A stretch of DNA of 51,169 nt, from IMG/VR virus record IMGVR_UViG_2526164628_000012, one strand, 5' to 3'. Shown here piece after piece: positions 41,627 through 51,169 of the stretch. A program made the translations under genes and the position numbers. Under the pieces are notes generated by a model. The model worked only from the letters and a program-made list of their open reading frames with translations, was not told the origin of the DNA and ran no database searches. Numbering within the stretch: position 1 is the stretch's first letter; the number at the start of each line of letters is the position of its first letter. The DNA comes from a virus. Its lineage: Duplodnaviria > Heunggongvirae > Uroviricota > Caudoviricetes.

Positions 41627-44600
41627 ATGGGTAAAGGCAGCAGTAAGGGGCATACCCCGCGCGAAGCGAAGGACAACCTGAAATCCACGCAGTTGCTGAG
41701 TGTGATTGATGCCATCAGTGAAGGGCCGATTGAAGGTCCGGTGGATGGATTAAAAAGCGTGCTGCTGAACAGTACGCCGGTGCTGGACACTGAGGGGAAT
41801 ACCAACATCTCCGGTGTCACGGTGGTGTTCCGGGCAGGTGAGCAGGAGCAGATTCCGCCGGAGGGATTTGAATCCTCCGGCTCCGAGACGGTGCTGGGTA
41901 CGGAAGTGAAATATGACACGCCGATCACCCGGACCATCACGTCTGCAAATATCGACCGTCTGCGCTTTACCTTCGGTGTGCAGGCACTGGTGGAAACCAC
42001 CTCAAAGGGGGACAGGAATCCGTCGGAAGTCCGCCTGCTGGTTCAGATACAACGTAACGGTGGCTGGGTGACAGAAAAAGACATCACCATTAAGGGCAAA
42101 ACCACGTCGCAGTATCTGGCCTCAGTGGTGGTGGATAACCTGCCGCCGCGCCCGTTTAATATCCGGATGCGCAGGATGACGCCGGACAGCACCACAGACC
42201 AGCTGCAGAACAAAACGCTCTGGTCGTCATACACCGAAATTATCGATGTGAAACAGTGCTACCCGAACACGGCACTGGTCGGCGTGCAGGTGGACTCGGA
42301 GCAGTTCGGCAGCCAGCAGGTGAGCCGTAATTATCATCTGCGCGGGCGTATTCTGCAGGTGCCGTCGAATTATAACCCGCAGACGCGGCAATACAGCGGT
42401 ATCTGGGACGGAACGTTTAAACCGGCATACAGCAACAACATGGCCTGGTGTCTGTGGGATATGCTGACCCACCCGCGCTACGGCATGGGGAAACGTCTTG
42501 GTGCGGCAGATGTGGATAAATGGGCGCTGTATGTTATCGGCCACTACTGCGACCAGTCGGTGCCGGACGGCTTTGGCAGCACGGAGCCGCGCATCACCTG
42601 TAATGCCTGGCTGACCACACAGCGCAAGGCGTGGGATGTGCTCAGTGATTTCTGCTCGGCGATGCGCTGTATGCCGGTATGGAACGGGCAGACGCTGACG
42701 TTCGTGCAGGACCGACCATCAGATAAGGTGTGGACCTATAACCGCAGTAATGTGGTGATGCCGGATGATGGCGCGCCGTTCCGCTACAGCTTCAGCGCCC
42801 TGAAGGACCGCCATAATGCCGTTGAGGTGAACTGGATTGACCCGAACAACGGCTGGGAGACGGCGACAGAGCTTGTTGAAGATACGCAGGCCATTGCCCG
42901 TTACGGTCGTAACGTCACGAAGATGGATGCCTTTGGCTGTACCAGCCGGGGGCAGGCGCACCGCGCCGGGCTGTGGCTGATTAAAACGGAACTGCTGGAA
43001 ACGCAGACCGTGGACTTCAGCGTGGGTGCGGAAGGGCTTCGCCATGTACCGGGGGATGTCATTGAAATCTGCGATGATGACTATGCGGGTATCAGCATCG
43101 GCGGGCGCGTGCTGGCGGTGAACAGCCAAACCCGGACGCTGACGCTCGACCGTGAAATCACGCTGCCATCCTCCGGTACCACGCTGATAAGCCTGGTTGA
43201 CGGTCAGGGTAATCCGGTCAGCGTGGAGGTCCAGTCCGTCACCGACGGCGTGAAGGTGAAAGTGAGCCGGGTTCCTGACGGCGTTGCAGAATACAGCGTG
43301 TGGGGGCTGAAGCTGCCGACGCTGCGCCAGCGCCTGTTCCGCTGTGTGAGTATCCGTGAGAACGACGACGGCACGTATGCCATCACTGCCGTGCAGCATG
43401 TACCGGAGAAAGAAGCCATCGTGGATAACGGGGCGCACTTTGACGGCGACCAGAGCGGCACGGTGAATGGTGTCACGCCGCCAGCGGTGCAGCACCTGAC
43501 CGCCGAAGTCACCGCAGACAGCGGGGAATATCGGGTGCTGGCGCGCTGGGACACGCCGAAGGTGGTGAAGGGCGTGAGCTTCCTGCTCCGTCTGACCGTA
43601 ACAGCGGATGACGGCAGTGAGCGGCTGGTCAGCACGGCCCGGACGACGGAAACCACATACCGCTTCACGCAACTGGCGCTGGGGCGGTACACGCTGACAG
43701 TCCGGGCGGTAAATGCGTGGGGACAGCAGGGCGATCCGGCGTCGGTATCGTTCCGGATTGCCGCACCGGTAGCACCGTCGCGGATTGAGCTGACGCCGGG
43801 CTATTTTCAGATAACCGCCACGCCGCATCTTGCGGTTTATGATCCGACGGTACAGTTTGAGTTCTGGTTCTCGGAAAAGCGGATTACCGATATCAGGCAG
43901 GTTGAAACCAGCGCGCGTTATCTTGGTACGGGGCTGTACTGGATAGCTGCCAGTATCAATATCAAACCGGGCCATAATTATTATTTTTACGTTCGCAGTG
44001 TGAACACCGTTGGCAAATCGGCATTCGTGGAGGCTGTTGGTCAGCCGAGTGATGACGCATCCGGCTATCTGGATTTTTTCAAAGGCGAGATAGGGAAAAC
44101 CCATCTGGCTCAGGAGCTGTGGACGCAGATTGATAACGGTCAGCTTGCGCCTGACCTGGCTGAAATCAGGACATCCATTACGGATGTCAGCAATGAAATC
44201 ACGCAGACTGTCAATAAGAAACTGGAAGACCAGAGTGCAGCGATCCAGCAGATACAGAAGGTTCAGGTTGATACAAATAATAATCTGAACAGCATGTGGG
44301 CTGTGAAGCTGCAGCAGATGCAGGACGGACGCCTTTATATTGCGGGTATCGGTGCCGGTATTGAGAACACCCCCGACGGCATGCAGAGTCAGGTGCTGCT
44401 GGCGGCAGACAGGATTGCGATGATTAATCCTGCAAATGGCAACACAAAACCGATGTTTGTTGGTCAGGGTGATCAGATATTCATGAACGACGTGTTCCTG
44501 AAACGCCTGACGGCCCCCACCATTACCAGCGGCGGTAATCCTCCGGCATTTTCCCTGACACCGGACGGGCGGCTGACGGCGAAAAATGCCGATATCAGCG

Positions 44601-45106
44601 GTAACGTGAATGCGAACTCCGGGACGCTCAACAACGTCACGATTAACGAGAACTGTCGGGTTCTGGGAAAACTGTCCGCGAACCAGATTGAAGGCGATCT
44701 CGTTAAAACAGTGGGCAAAGCTTTCCCCCGTGACTCCCGGGCACCGGAGCGGTGGCCATCAGGGACCATTACCGTCAGGGTTTATGACGATCAGCCGTTT
44801 GACCGGCAAATTGTTATTCCGGCTGTGGCATTCAGTGGCGCTAAGCATGAGAGAGAGCATACTGATATTTACTCCTCATGCCGTCTGATAGTGCGGAAAA
44901 ACGGTGCTGAAATTTATAACCGTACCGCGCTGGATAATACGCTGATTTACAGTGGCGTTATTGATATGCCTGCCGGTCACGGTCACATGACACTGGAGTT
45001 TTCGGTGTCAGCATGGCTGGTAAATGGCTGGTATCCCACAGCAAGTATCAGCGATTTGCTGGTTGTTGTGATGAAGAAAGCCACTGCAGGCATCACGATT
45101 AGCTGA
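41627..45106 (+). CDS. J: Host-specificity (central tail fibre) protein J
   Basis: 1159 aa, lambda gpJ-like. Confidence 0.9.
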   Translation: MGKGSSKGHTPREAKDNLKSTQLLSVIDAISEGPIEGPVDGLKSVLLNSTPVLDTEGNTNISGVTVVFRAGEQEQIPPEGFESSGSETVLGTEVKYDTPITRTITSANIDRLRFTFGVQALVETTSKGDRNPSEVRLLVQIQRNGGWVTEKDITIKGKTTSQYLASVVVDNLPPRPFNIRMRRMTPDSTTDQLQNKTLWSSYTEIIDVKQCYPNTALVGVQVDSEQFGSQQVSRNYHLRGRILQVPSNYNPQTRQYSGIWDGTFKPAYSNNMAWCLWDMLTHPRYGMGKRLGAADVDKWALYVIGHYCDQSVPDGFGSTEPRITCNAWLTTQRKAWDVLSDFCSAMRCMPVWNGQTLTFVQDRPSDKVWTYNRSNVVMPDDGAPFRYSFSALKDRHNAVEVNWIDPNNGWETATELVEDTQAIARYGRNVTKMDAFGCTSRGQAHRAGLWLIKTELLETQTVDFSVGAEGLRHVPGDVIEICDDDYAGISIGGRVLAVNSQTRTLTLDREITLPSSGTTLISLVDGQGNPVSVEVQSVTDGVKVKVSRVPDGVAEYSVWGLKLPTLRQRLFRCVSIRENDDGTYAITAVQHVPEKEAIVDNGAHFDGDQSGTVNGVTPPAVQHLTAEVTADSGEYRVLARWDTPKVVKGVSFLLRLTVTADDGSERLVSTARTTETTYRFTQLALGRYTLTVRAVNAWGQQGDPASVSFRIAAPVAPSRIELTPGYFQITATPHLAVYDPTVQFEFWFSEKRITDIRQVETSARYLGTGLYWIAASINIKPGHNYYFYVRSVNTVGKSAFVEAVGQPSDDASGYLDFFKGEIGKTHLAQELWTQIDNGQLAPDLAEIRTSITDVSNEITQTVNKKLEDQSAAIQQIQKVQVDTNNNLNSMWAVKLQQMQDGRLYIAGIGAGIENTPDGMQSQVLLAADRIAMINPANGNTKPMFVGQGDQIFMNDVFLKRLTAPTITSGGNPPAFSLTPDGRLTAKNADISGNVNANSGTLNNVTINENCRVLGKLSANQIEGDLVKTVGKAFPRDSRAPERWPSGTITVRVYDDQPFDRQIVIPAVAFSGAKHEREHTDIYSSCRLIVRKNGAEIYNRTALDNTLIYSGVIDMPAGHGHMTLEFSVSAWLVNGWYPTASISDLLVVVMKKATAGITIS

Positions 45107-45125
45107 ATTTTATAACCCAGATACG

Positions 45126-45150
45126 GGCACCAGAAATGGTGCCTTTTTTA
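45126..45150 (+). terminator. Rho-independent terminator after J
   Basis: GGCACC AGAAAT GGTGCC followed by T6. Confidence 0.55.
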
Positions 45151-45173
45151 TTGCAGAAAAGCGAGAGGTAATT

Positions 45174-45773
45174 ATGCGTAAATTATGTGCTGTTATTCTG
45201 TCCGCAGTAGTCTGGCTGGTTGCCGCTGGTACGCCAGCGAGCGCAGCAGAGCATCAGTCCACACTAAGCGCCGGGTATCTTCAGACCCATACTGATATGC
45301 CAGGCAGTGATGACCTGAAGGGCATTAACGTGAAATACCGTTATGAGTTTACGGACACGCTGGGGCTGGTGACGTCATTCAGTTATGCCAATGCCAAAGA
45401 TGAGCAAAAAACGCATTACAGCGATACCCGCTGGCATGAGGATTCCGTGCGTAATCGCTGGTTCAGCGTGATGGCGGGGCCGTCTGTGCGCGTGAATGAA
45501 TGGTTCAGCGCGTATGCGATGGCGGGTATGGCTTACAGCCGTGTTTCGACTTTCTCCGGGGATTATATCCGCGTAACTGACAACAAGGGGAAAACGCACG
45601 ATGTGCTGACCGGAAGTGATGACGGTCGCCACAGCAACACGTCTCTGGCGTGGGGAGCTGGCGTGCAGTTTAACCCGACCGAATCCGTGGCCGTTGACGT
45701 CGCTTATGAAGGCTCCGGCAGCGGTGACTGGCGTACCAACAGTTTCATCGTGGGTGTCGGTTATAAATTCTGA
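45174..45773 (+). CDS. lom: Outer-membrane protein Lom (Ail/PagC family)
   Basis: 199 aa with signal peptide and beta-barrel pattern ending in aromatic residue (GYKF). Confidence 0.85.
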   Translation: MRKLCAVILSAVVWLVAAGTPASAAEHQSTLSAGYLQTHTDMPGSDDLKGINVKYRYEFTDTLGLVTSFSYANAKDEQKTHYSDTRWHEDSVRNRWFSVMAGPSVRVNEWFSAYAMAGMAYSRVSTFSGDYIRVTDNKGKTHDVLTGSDDGRHSNTSLAWGAGVQFNPTESVAVDVAYEGSGSGDWRTNSFIVGVGYKF

Positions 45774-45799
45774 TTAGCCAGGTAACACAGTGTTATGAC

Positions 45800-45826
45800 A
45801 GCCCGCCGGTTCAGGCGGGCTTTTTT
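45800..45826 (+). terminator. Rho-independent terminator after lom
   Basis: AGCCCGCC GGTTCAG GCGGGCT followed by T6. Confidence 0.6.
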
Positions 45827-45831
45827 GTGGG

Positions 45832-48800
45832 GTGAATATGGCAGTAAAGATTTCAGGTGTACTGAAAGACGGCACAGGAAAACCGGTACAGAACTGCACA
45901 ATCCAGCTGAAAGCAAAACGTAACAGCACCACGGTGGTGGTGAACACGCTGGCCTCAGAAAATCCGGATGAAGCCGGGCGTTACAGTATGGACGTTGAGT
46001 ACGGTCAGTACAGCGTTATTCTGTTGGTGGAAGGATTCCCGCCGTCACATGCCGGGACCATCACCGTGTATGAAGATTCCCGACCCGGTACGCTGAATGA
46101 TTTTCTCGGTGCCATGACGGAGGATGATGCCCGTCCGGAGGCACTGCGCCGTTTTGAGCTGATGGTGGAAGAGGTGGCGCGTAACGCGTCCGCGGTGGCA
46201 CAGAACACGGCAGCCGCGAAGAAGTCAGCCGGCGATGCCGGCACATCAGCCCGTGAGGCGGCAACCCATGCGACTGATGCTGCAGGCTCAGCACGCGCAG
46301 CCAGCACATCAGCCGGGCAGGCCGCGACGTCGGCTCAGTCAGCGTCTTCCAGCGCAGGAACGGCATCAACAAAGGCTACTGAAGCATCAAAAAGTGCTGC
46401 CGCTGCAGAGTCCTCAAAAAGCGCGGCAGCTACCAGTGCCGGTGCGGCGAAAACGTCAGAAACGAATGCGGCAGCGTCACAAAAATCTGCAGCCACTTCT
46501 GCATCCGCAGCGACCACAAAGGCGTCAGAAGCTGCCACCTCAGCCCGGGATGCGGCGGCCTCAAAAGAGGCAGCGAAATCATCAGAAACGAACGCATCAT
46601 CAAGCGCCAGTAGTGCCGCTTCCTCGGCAACGGCGGCAGGAAATTCCGCGAAGGCGGCAAAGACGTCCGAGACGAACGCCAGGTCTTCTGAAACGGCAGC
46701 GGGACAGAGTGCCTCAGCTGCGGCAGGCTCAAAAACAGCGGCAGCATCATCTGCCAGTGCCGCGTCAACAAGTGCCGGGCAGGCCTCAGCCAGTGCCACC
46801 GCTGCCGGAAAGTCGGCAGAAAGTGCCGCCTCGTCTGCTTCAACAGCCACAACGAAGGCTGGCGAAGCCACTGAACAGGCCAGTGCAGCAGCGAGGTCTG
46901 CTTCCGCAGCGAAGACATCCGAGACGAACGCGAAAGCGTCGGAAACCAGCGCAGAATCCTCAAAAACGGCTGCCGCATCGTCCGCCAGTTCGGCGGCGTC
47001 ATCGGCATCATCGGCGTCAGCTTCAAAAGATGAGGCGACCAGACAGGCGTCAGCAGCGAAGGGCAGCGCCACGACAGCATCCACGAAGGCGACAGAGGCA
47101 GCTGGCAGTGCGACGGCGGCAGCACAGAGCAAAAGTACGGCGGAATCCGCGGCAACGCGCGCCGAGACAGCAGCTAAACGGGCAGAGGATATTGCATCCG
47201 CCGTGGCGCTTGAGGATGCAAGTACGACGAAAAAGGGGATAGTACAGCTCAGCAGTGCGACCAACAGTACGTCTGAAACGCTGGCGGCAACGCCAAAGGC
47301 AGTAAAATCAGCCTATGACAATGCAGAGAAACGTCTGCAGAAAGACCAGAACGGCGCTGATATACCCGATAAGGGACGCTTCCTGAACAACATTAACGCG
47401 GTCAGTAAAACAGACTTTGCTGATAAGCGTGGTATGCGTTATGTGCGGGTTAACGCTCCTGCAGGTGCAACATCTGGAAAATATTACCCTGTTGTTGTTA
47501 TGCGTTCTGCTGGCTCAGTAAGCGAACTGGCATCAAGGGTCATTATCACCACGGCACCGCGAACCGCAGGCGATCCGATGAATAACTGCGAGTTTAACGG
47601 ATTTGTTATGCCTGGTGGCTGGACTGACAGGGGGCGTTATGCTTATGGAATGTTCTGGCAATATCAAAACAATGAACGAGCCATCCACTCAATAATGATG
47701 AGTAATAAGGGCGATGATTTGCGCTCTGTGTTCTATGTTGATGGCGCTGCTTTCCCTGTTTTTGCGTTTATCGAAGATGGCCTGTCAATATCCGCACCTG
47801 GTGCTGATCTCGTTGTTAATGATACGACCTATAAGTTTGGGGCAACAAATCCAGCGACTGAATGTATCGCGGCGGACGTTATCCTTGATTTTAAGAGTGG
47901 GCGTGGTTTTTATGAGTCTCATTCGTTAATCGTTAACGATAACTTGTCGTGCAAAAAACTTTTTGCCACAGACGAAATTGTAGCGCGTGGTGGTAATCAG
48001 ATTCGAATGATAGGTGGGGAGTATGGTGCATTATGGCGTAATGATGGCGCTAAAACTTACCTGCTGCTTACCAATCAAGGTGATGTTTATGGTGGCTGGA
48101 ATACATTAAGACCGTTTGCTATTGATAACGCAACCGGCGAACTGGTTATTGGAACCAAACTGTCCGCAAGTCTGAACGGTAATGCATTAACAGCAACAAA
48201 GCTGCAAACGCCAAGACGGGTTTCTGGTGTTGAGTTTGATGGTTCCAAAGATATTACTTTAACCGCCGCGCATGTGGCTGCTTTTGCCAGAAGGGCAACG
48301 GATACATATGCCGATGCGGATGGTGGCGTTCCCTGGAATGCCGAATCAGGCGCTTACAATGTCACCCGCTCTGGCAACAGCTATATTCTGGTTAACTTCT
48401 ATACCGGAGTCGGAAGTTGCCGGACATTGCAGATGAAGGCGCATTACAGAAATGGAGGTCTGTTCTACCGTTCCTCAAGAGATGGCTATGGTTTTGAGGA
48501 AGACTGGGCAGAAGTTTATACCTCGAAAAATCTTCCACCAGAAAGCTACCCAGTCGGTGCACCAATCCCGTGGCCATCAGATACCGTTCCGTCTGGTTAT
48601 GCCCTGATGCAGGGGCAGACTTTTGACAAATCTGCTTACCCGAAACTTGCAGCCGCTTATCCGTCAGGCGTGATCCCTGATATGCGTGGCTGGACGATTA
48701 AGGGCAAACCTGCCAGTGGTCGGGCCGTATTGTCTCAGGAACAGGACGGCATTAAATCGCACACCCACAGCGCCAGCGCATCCAGTACGGATTTGGGGAC

Positions 48801-49251
48801 GAAAACCACATCGTCGTTTGATTACGGCACTAAATCCACGAATAACACCGGGGCGCATACGCACAGTCTGAGTGGCTCTACGGGGTCTGCCGGTGTTCAT
48901 ACTCATGGTAATGGTATTCGTTGGCCAGGAGGCGGCGGTTCTGCGTTAGCATTTTATGATGGCGGTGGGTTCACTTATGTCCAGAATTCACAGTATCAAG
49001 TAAGCCCGGAGACTTCTTCCTATAGATCGTATTATCAACGTATTCAGACACAGTCAGCAGGTGCTCATACCCACTCGCTGTCTGGTACTGCAGCAAGTTC
49101 TGGCGCACATGCACATACTGTAGGTATTGGTGCGCATACGCACTCCGTTGCGATTGGTTCACATGGACACACCATCACCGTTAACGCTGCGGGTAACGCG
49201 GAAAACACCGTCAAAAACATCGCATTTAACTATATTGTGAGGCTTGCATAA
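45832..49251 (+). CDS. stf: Side tail fibre protein (Stf-like), 1139 aa
   Basis: N-terminal lambda Stf-like region, long Ala/Ser/Thr-rich repeat tract, C-terminal region with repeated GAHTHS motifs. Confidence 0.85.
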   Translation: MNMAVKISGVLKDGTGKPVQNCTIQLKAKRNSTTVVVNTLASENPDEAGRYSMDVEYGQYSVILLVEGFPPSHAGTITVYEDSRPGTLNDFLGAMTEDDARPEALRRFELMVEEVARNASAVAQNTAAAKKSAGDAGTSAREAATHATDAAGSARAASTSAGQAATSAQSASSSAGTASTKATEASKSAAAAESSKSAAATSAGAAKTSETNAAASQKSAATSASAATTKASEAATSARDAAASKEAAKSSETNASSSASSAASSATAAGNSAKAAKTSETNARSSETAAGQSASAAAGSKTAAASSASAASTSAGQASASATAAGKSAESAASSASTATTKAGEATEQASAAARSASAAKTSETNAKASETSAESSKTAAASSASSAASSASSASASKDEATRQASAAKGSATTASTKATEAAGSATAAAQSKSTAESAATRAETAAKRAEDIASAVALEDASTTKKGIVQLSSATNSTSETLAATPKAVKSAYDNAEKRLQKDQNGADIPDKGRFLNNINAVSKTDFADKRGMRYVRVNAPAGATSGKYYPVVVMRSAGSVSELASRVIITTAPRTAGDPMNNCEFNGFVMPGGWTDRGRYAYGMFWQYQNNERAIHSIMMSNKGDDLRSVFYVDGAAFPVFAFIEDGLSISAPGADLVVNDTTYKFGATNPATECIAADVILDFKSGRGFYESHSLIVNDNLSCKKLFATDEIVARGGNQIRMIGGEYGALWRNDGAKTYLLLTNQGDVYGGWNTLRPFAIDNATGELVIGTKLSASLNGNALTATKLQTPRRVSGVEFDGSKDITLTAAHVAAFARRATDTYADADGGVPWNAESGAYNVTRSGNSYILVNFYTGVGSCRTLQMKAHYRNGGLFYRSSRDGYGFEEDWAEVYTSKNLPPESYPVGAPIPWPSDTVPSGYALMQGQTFDKSAYPKLAAAYPSGVIPDMRGWTIKGKPASGRAVLSQEQDGIKSHTHSASASSTDLGTKTTSSFDYGTKSTNNTGAHTHSLSGSTGSAGVHTHGNGIRWPGGGGSALAFYDGGGFTYVQNSQYQVSPETSSYRSYYQRIQTQSAGAHTHSLSGTAASSGAHAHTVGIGAHTHSVAIGSHGHTITVNAAGNAENTVKNIAFNYIVRLA
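46180..47220 (+). repeat. GC-rich degenerate tandem repeats encoding Ala/Ser/Thr-rich tract of Stf
   Basis: Recurrent peptide units such as [12 protein letters not shown], SSASAAS; generates long spurious ORFs in all other frames. Confidence 0.7.
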
Positions 49252-49835
49252 TGGCATTCAGAATGAGTGAACAAGCACGGACCATAAAAATTTATAATCT
49301 GCTGGCCGGAACTAATGAATTTATTGGTGAAGGTGACGCATATATTCCGCCTCATACAGGTCTGCCAGCAAACAGTACCGATATTGCACCACCAGATATT
49401 CCTGCTGGCTTTGTGGCTGTTTTCAACAGTGATGAGGCATCGTGGCATCTCGTTGAAGACCATCGGGGTAAAACGGTTTATGACGTAGCGTCAGGGGACG
49501 AGTTATTTATTTCTGAACTCGGTCCGTTACCGGAAAATGTTACCTGGTTATCGCCGGAAGGGGAGTTTCAGAAGTGGAACGGCACAGCCTGGGTGAAGGA
49601 TACGGAAGCAGAAAAACTGTTCCGGATCCGGGAGGCGGAAGAAACAAAAAACAACCTGATGCAGGTAGCCAGTGAGCATATTGCGCCGCTTCAGGATGCT
49701 GCAGATCTGGAAATTGCAACGGAGGAAGAAACCTCATTGCTGGAAGCCTGGAAAAAGTATCGGGTGTTGCTGAACCGTGTTGATACATCAACTGCACCTG
49801 ATATTGAGTGGCCTACGAACCCTGTCAGGGAGTAA
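49251..49835 (+). CDS. tfa: Tail fibre assembly protein (Tfa), 194 aa
   Basis: Immediately follows stf with ATGA-type overlap; lambda Tfa-like. Confidence 0.85.
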   Translation: MAFRMSEQARTIKIYNLLAGTNEFIGEGDAYIPPHTGLPANSTDIAPPDIPAGFVAVFNSDEASWHLVEDHRGKTVYDVASGDELFISELGPLPENVTWLSPEGEFQKWNGTAWVKDTEAEKLFRIREAEETKNNLMQVASEHIAPLQDAADLEIATEEETSLLEAWKKYRVLLNRVDTSTAPDIEWPTNPVRE

Positions 49836-49884
49836 TCATTGGGATTATGCCGCAGCACGTCTTAAGCAAGAACGTGCTGCGGTT
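49670..49884 (+). repeat. Direct repeat copy 1 (tfa 3' end plus hairpin), about 215 bp
   Basis: About 88% identical to 50720-50934; includes hairpin GCCGCAGCACGT...ACGTGCTGCGGT. Confidence 0.75.
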
Positions 49885-49889
49885 GGATG

Positions 49890-50558
49890 CTATTTTTTCC
49901 CTGAAGCGGAAAACATTACTACAGTACCTTGAACCTTGGTTTTAACATTCTCGAAATGCTCTGAGAGTATATGTGTTAAGCCTTCTTCGGAATCTTTTGT
50001 GTTTGAAAAGATGCCTTTCTGATTGTAAATGCGCATCAGTTTTTGACCGAAGCTATTGTGCACAACTCCATCGCCAAGAATTGTGGCTCCGTATAGAGTT
50101 CCATCGTCAGTTAAGGCCTGCGCCGCATTGCGTATTACACAGCTTTTTGTAGATATATTTCCAGGCAGGCAGTGAAGAAGGTAAAACATGGAAATGGAAT
50201 CAAATTGACCATGTAACGCCGCGGGATAAGGTTCAAAAACATCATGGCTAATTTTATGTTTAATTTTTGATTCCCCAGCCCTTGTAGATGCCGCGTTCAG
50301 GCTAGCTTCGTTCAAATCCATTAAAGATATCAGACTACTCTCAGGTACGTGAGTAAGGTAAAACCCAGTTCCAACACCAATATCCAGATGGTTGTTACCT
50401 ACATGTTCCAGAAAGTGTGGAAGAAGGTGTTCCTTTGTAGGACATCCCCATGCAAGCCGATTTGATACTCCCAAAACCCACCAGTCATAAAGCTTTAGGG
50501 TAAGTGGTGTGTAAATTTTAGCCCCATCATCTGTGTTTTTTTTCATTGATTTCACCAT
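49890..50558 (-). CDS. Class I SAM-dependent methyltransferase, 222 aa (moron)
   Basis: Motif I HLDIGVGTGFY; opposite strand to late operon; about 40% GC; bracketed by the 215-bp tfa direct repeats. Confidence 0.6.
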   Translation of the reverse strand: MVKSMKKNTDDGAKIYTPLTLKLYDWWVLGVSNRLAWGCPTKEHLLPHFLEHVGNNHLDIGVGTGFYLTHVPESSLISLMDLNEASLNAASTRAGESKIKHKISHDVFEPYPAALHGQFDSISMFYLLHCLPGNISTKSCVIRNAAQALTDDGTLYGATILGDGVVHNSFGQKLMRIYNQKGIFSNTKDSEEGLTHILSEHFENVKTKVQGTVVMFSASGKK

Positions 50559-50614
50559 GTTATAGTTTTATTTGTGAATTAAATCAATTATGGCGATGAA
50601 TTACAAGGGGTTAA

Positions 50615-50884
50615 ATGCTGCCGCAGCATAGCGATATTGAAATAGCCTGGTATGCTTCGATACAGCAGGAGCCGAATGGCTGGAAGACCGTCACCACACA
50701 GTTCTACATCCAGGAATTCAGTGAGTATATTGCGCCACTGCAGGATGCTGTAGATCTGGAAATCGCAACGGAGGAAGAAAGATCGTTGCTGGAGGCATGG
50801 AATAAATATCGGGTATTGTTGAATCGTGTTGATACATCAACTGCACCTGATATTGAGTGGCCTGCAAATCCTGTCAGGGAGTAA
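50615..50884 (+). pseudogene. Tfa C-terminal remnant fused to unrelated N-terminus
   Basis: Only the last 45 codons resemble Tfa; upstream 44 codons unrelated. Confidence 0.45.
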
Positions 50885-50934
50885 TCATTGGGATTATGCC
50901 GCAGACACGTCGTATGCAGGAACGTGCTGCGGTT
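50720..50934 (+). repeat. Direct repeat copy 2 (tfa 3' end remnant plus hairpin)
   Basis: Matches 49670-49884; encodes C-terminal 45 aa of a Tfa-like protein. Confidence 0.75.
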
Positions 50935-51169
50935 AGTTTGTGAGCTTTCGATAGTGGTTGTTATTTTTGCCCTTATTTGTTCCGGAGGCCATGGTTCAAT
51001 GGTCCGTCTGCCCCCTGTGGTGATGTCAGCAAAATCAGCCACTGCGCGAACCACAATAGCCCGGGAAGATGCTGAAGATCACCAGGTAAAGCTATCAGCG
51101 CAGAAACTGGAAGAACTGCTCGCATCAATGGTTAAGGATGAGGTTGATCGCAATGATGGGATTTATTGA
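50888..51169 (+). CDS. Partial ORF running off the window end (unknown product)
   Basis: No stop before window end; likely true start at internal Met (about 51023, MSAKSATARTT...). Confidence 0.3.
   Translation: MGLCRRHVVCRNVLRLVCELSIVVVIFALICSGGHGSMVRLPPVVMSAKSATARTTIAREDAEDHQVKLSAQKLEELLASMVKDEVDRNDGIY

Noticed and set aside
42719-44104. 461-aa minus-strand ORF
   Set aside because: Antisense within J; Arg-rich composition typical of a spurious frame.
46235-47264. Long ORFs in alternative frames and on the minus strand across the stf repeat tract (335-aa Arg/Pro/Gln-rich ORF, 309-aa and 241-aa minus-strand ORFs)
   Set aside because: Artefacts of the GC-rich repetitive Ala/Ser-coding tract; the stf frame is continuous with lambda-like N- and C-terminal domains.

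Overview
This window is a ~51 kb slice of an Escherichia-type lambdoid prophage, running from the integrase end (int/xis on the minus strand at position 1) to the side tail fibre and its assembly gene; both prophage ends lie outside the window. The late half (cos, Nu1-A-W-B-C/Nu3-D-E-FI-FII-Z-U-V-G/T-H-M-L-K-I-J-lom-stf-tfa) is co-linear with phage lambda and the proteins match lambda closely by recall. The early half is Qin/Rac-like: exonuclease, ydfD-dicB-DicF, a DicA/DicC-like immunity switch, YdaT-like protein, an iteron-bearing replication initiator, nin-like small genes, hok, DUF968, rusA, a Q-like antiterminator, a tRNA Ile-Arg-Arg cluster and a holin/endolysin cassette. Three IS insertions with intact target-site duplications are present: two nearly identical 2699-bp IS66-family copies and one 1310-bp IS629-like element. 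They split tail gene U, split a Dam-like DNA methyltransferase, and separate the repressor/operator region from the ydfA-DicF-dicB operon. The DicA/CI-like repressor is frameshifted in a homopolymer run, so the prophage is very probably defective. No single locus could be confirmed as a new system without database searches. The strongest candidates for undescribed accessory cargo are: a TerB-like protein plus coupled membrane peptide at the position where Stx phages carry stx; an AT-rich SAM-methyltransferase moron flanked by 215-bp tfa repeats; an AT-rich convergent gene pair inside the dicB operon; and very acidic small proteins in the nin-like region. All coordinates were derived by hand from the sequence and ORF track; all homology statements are from recall, not searches.
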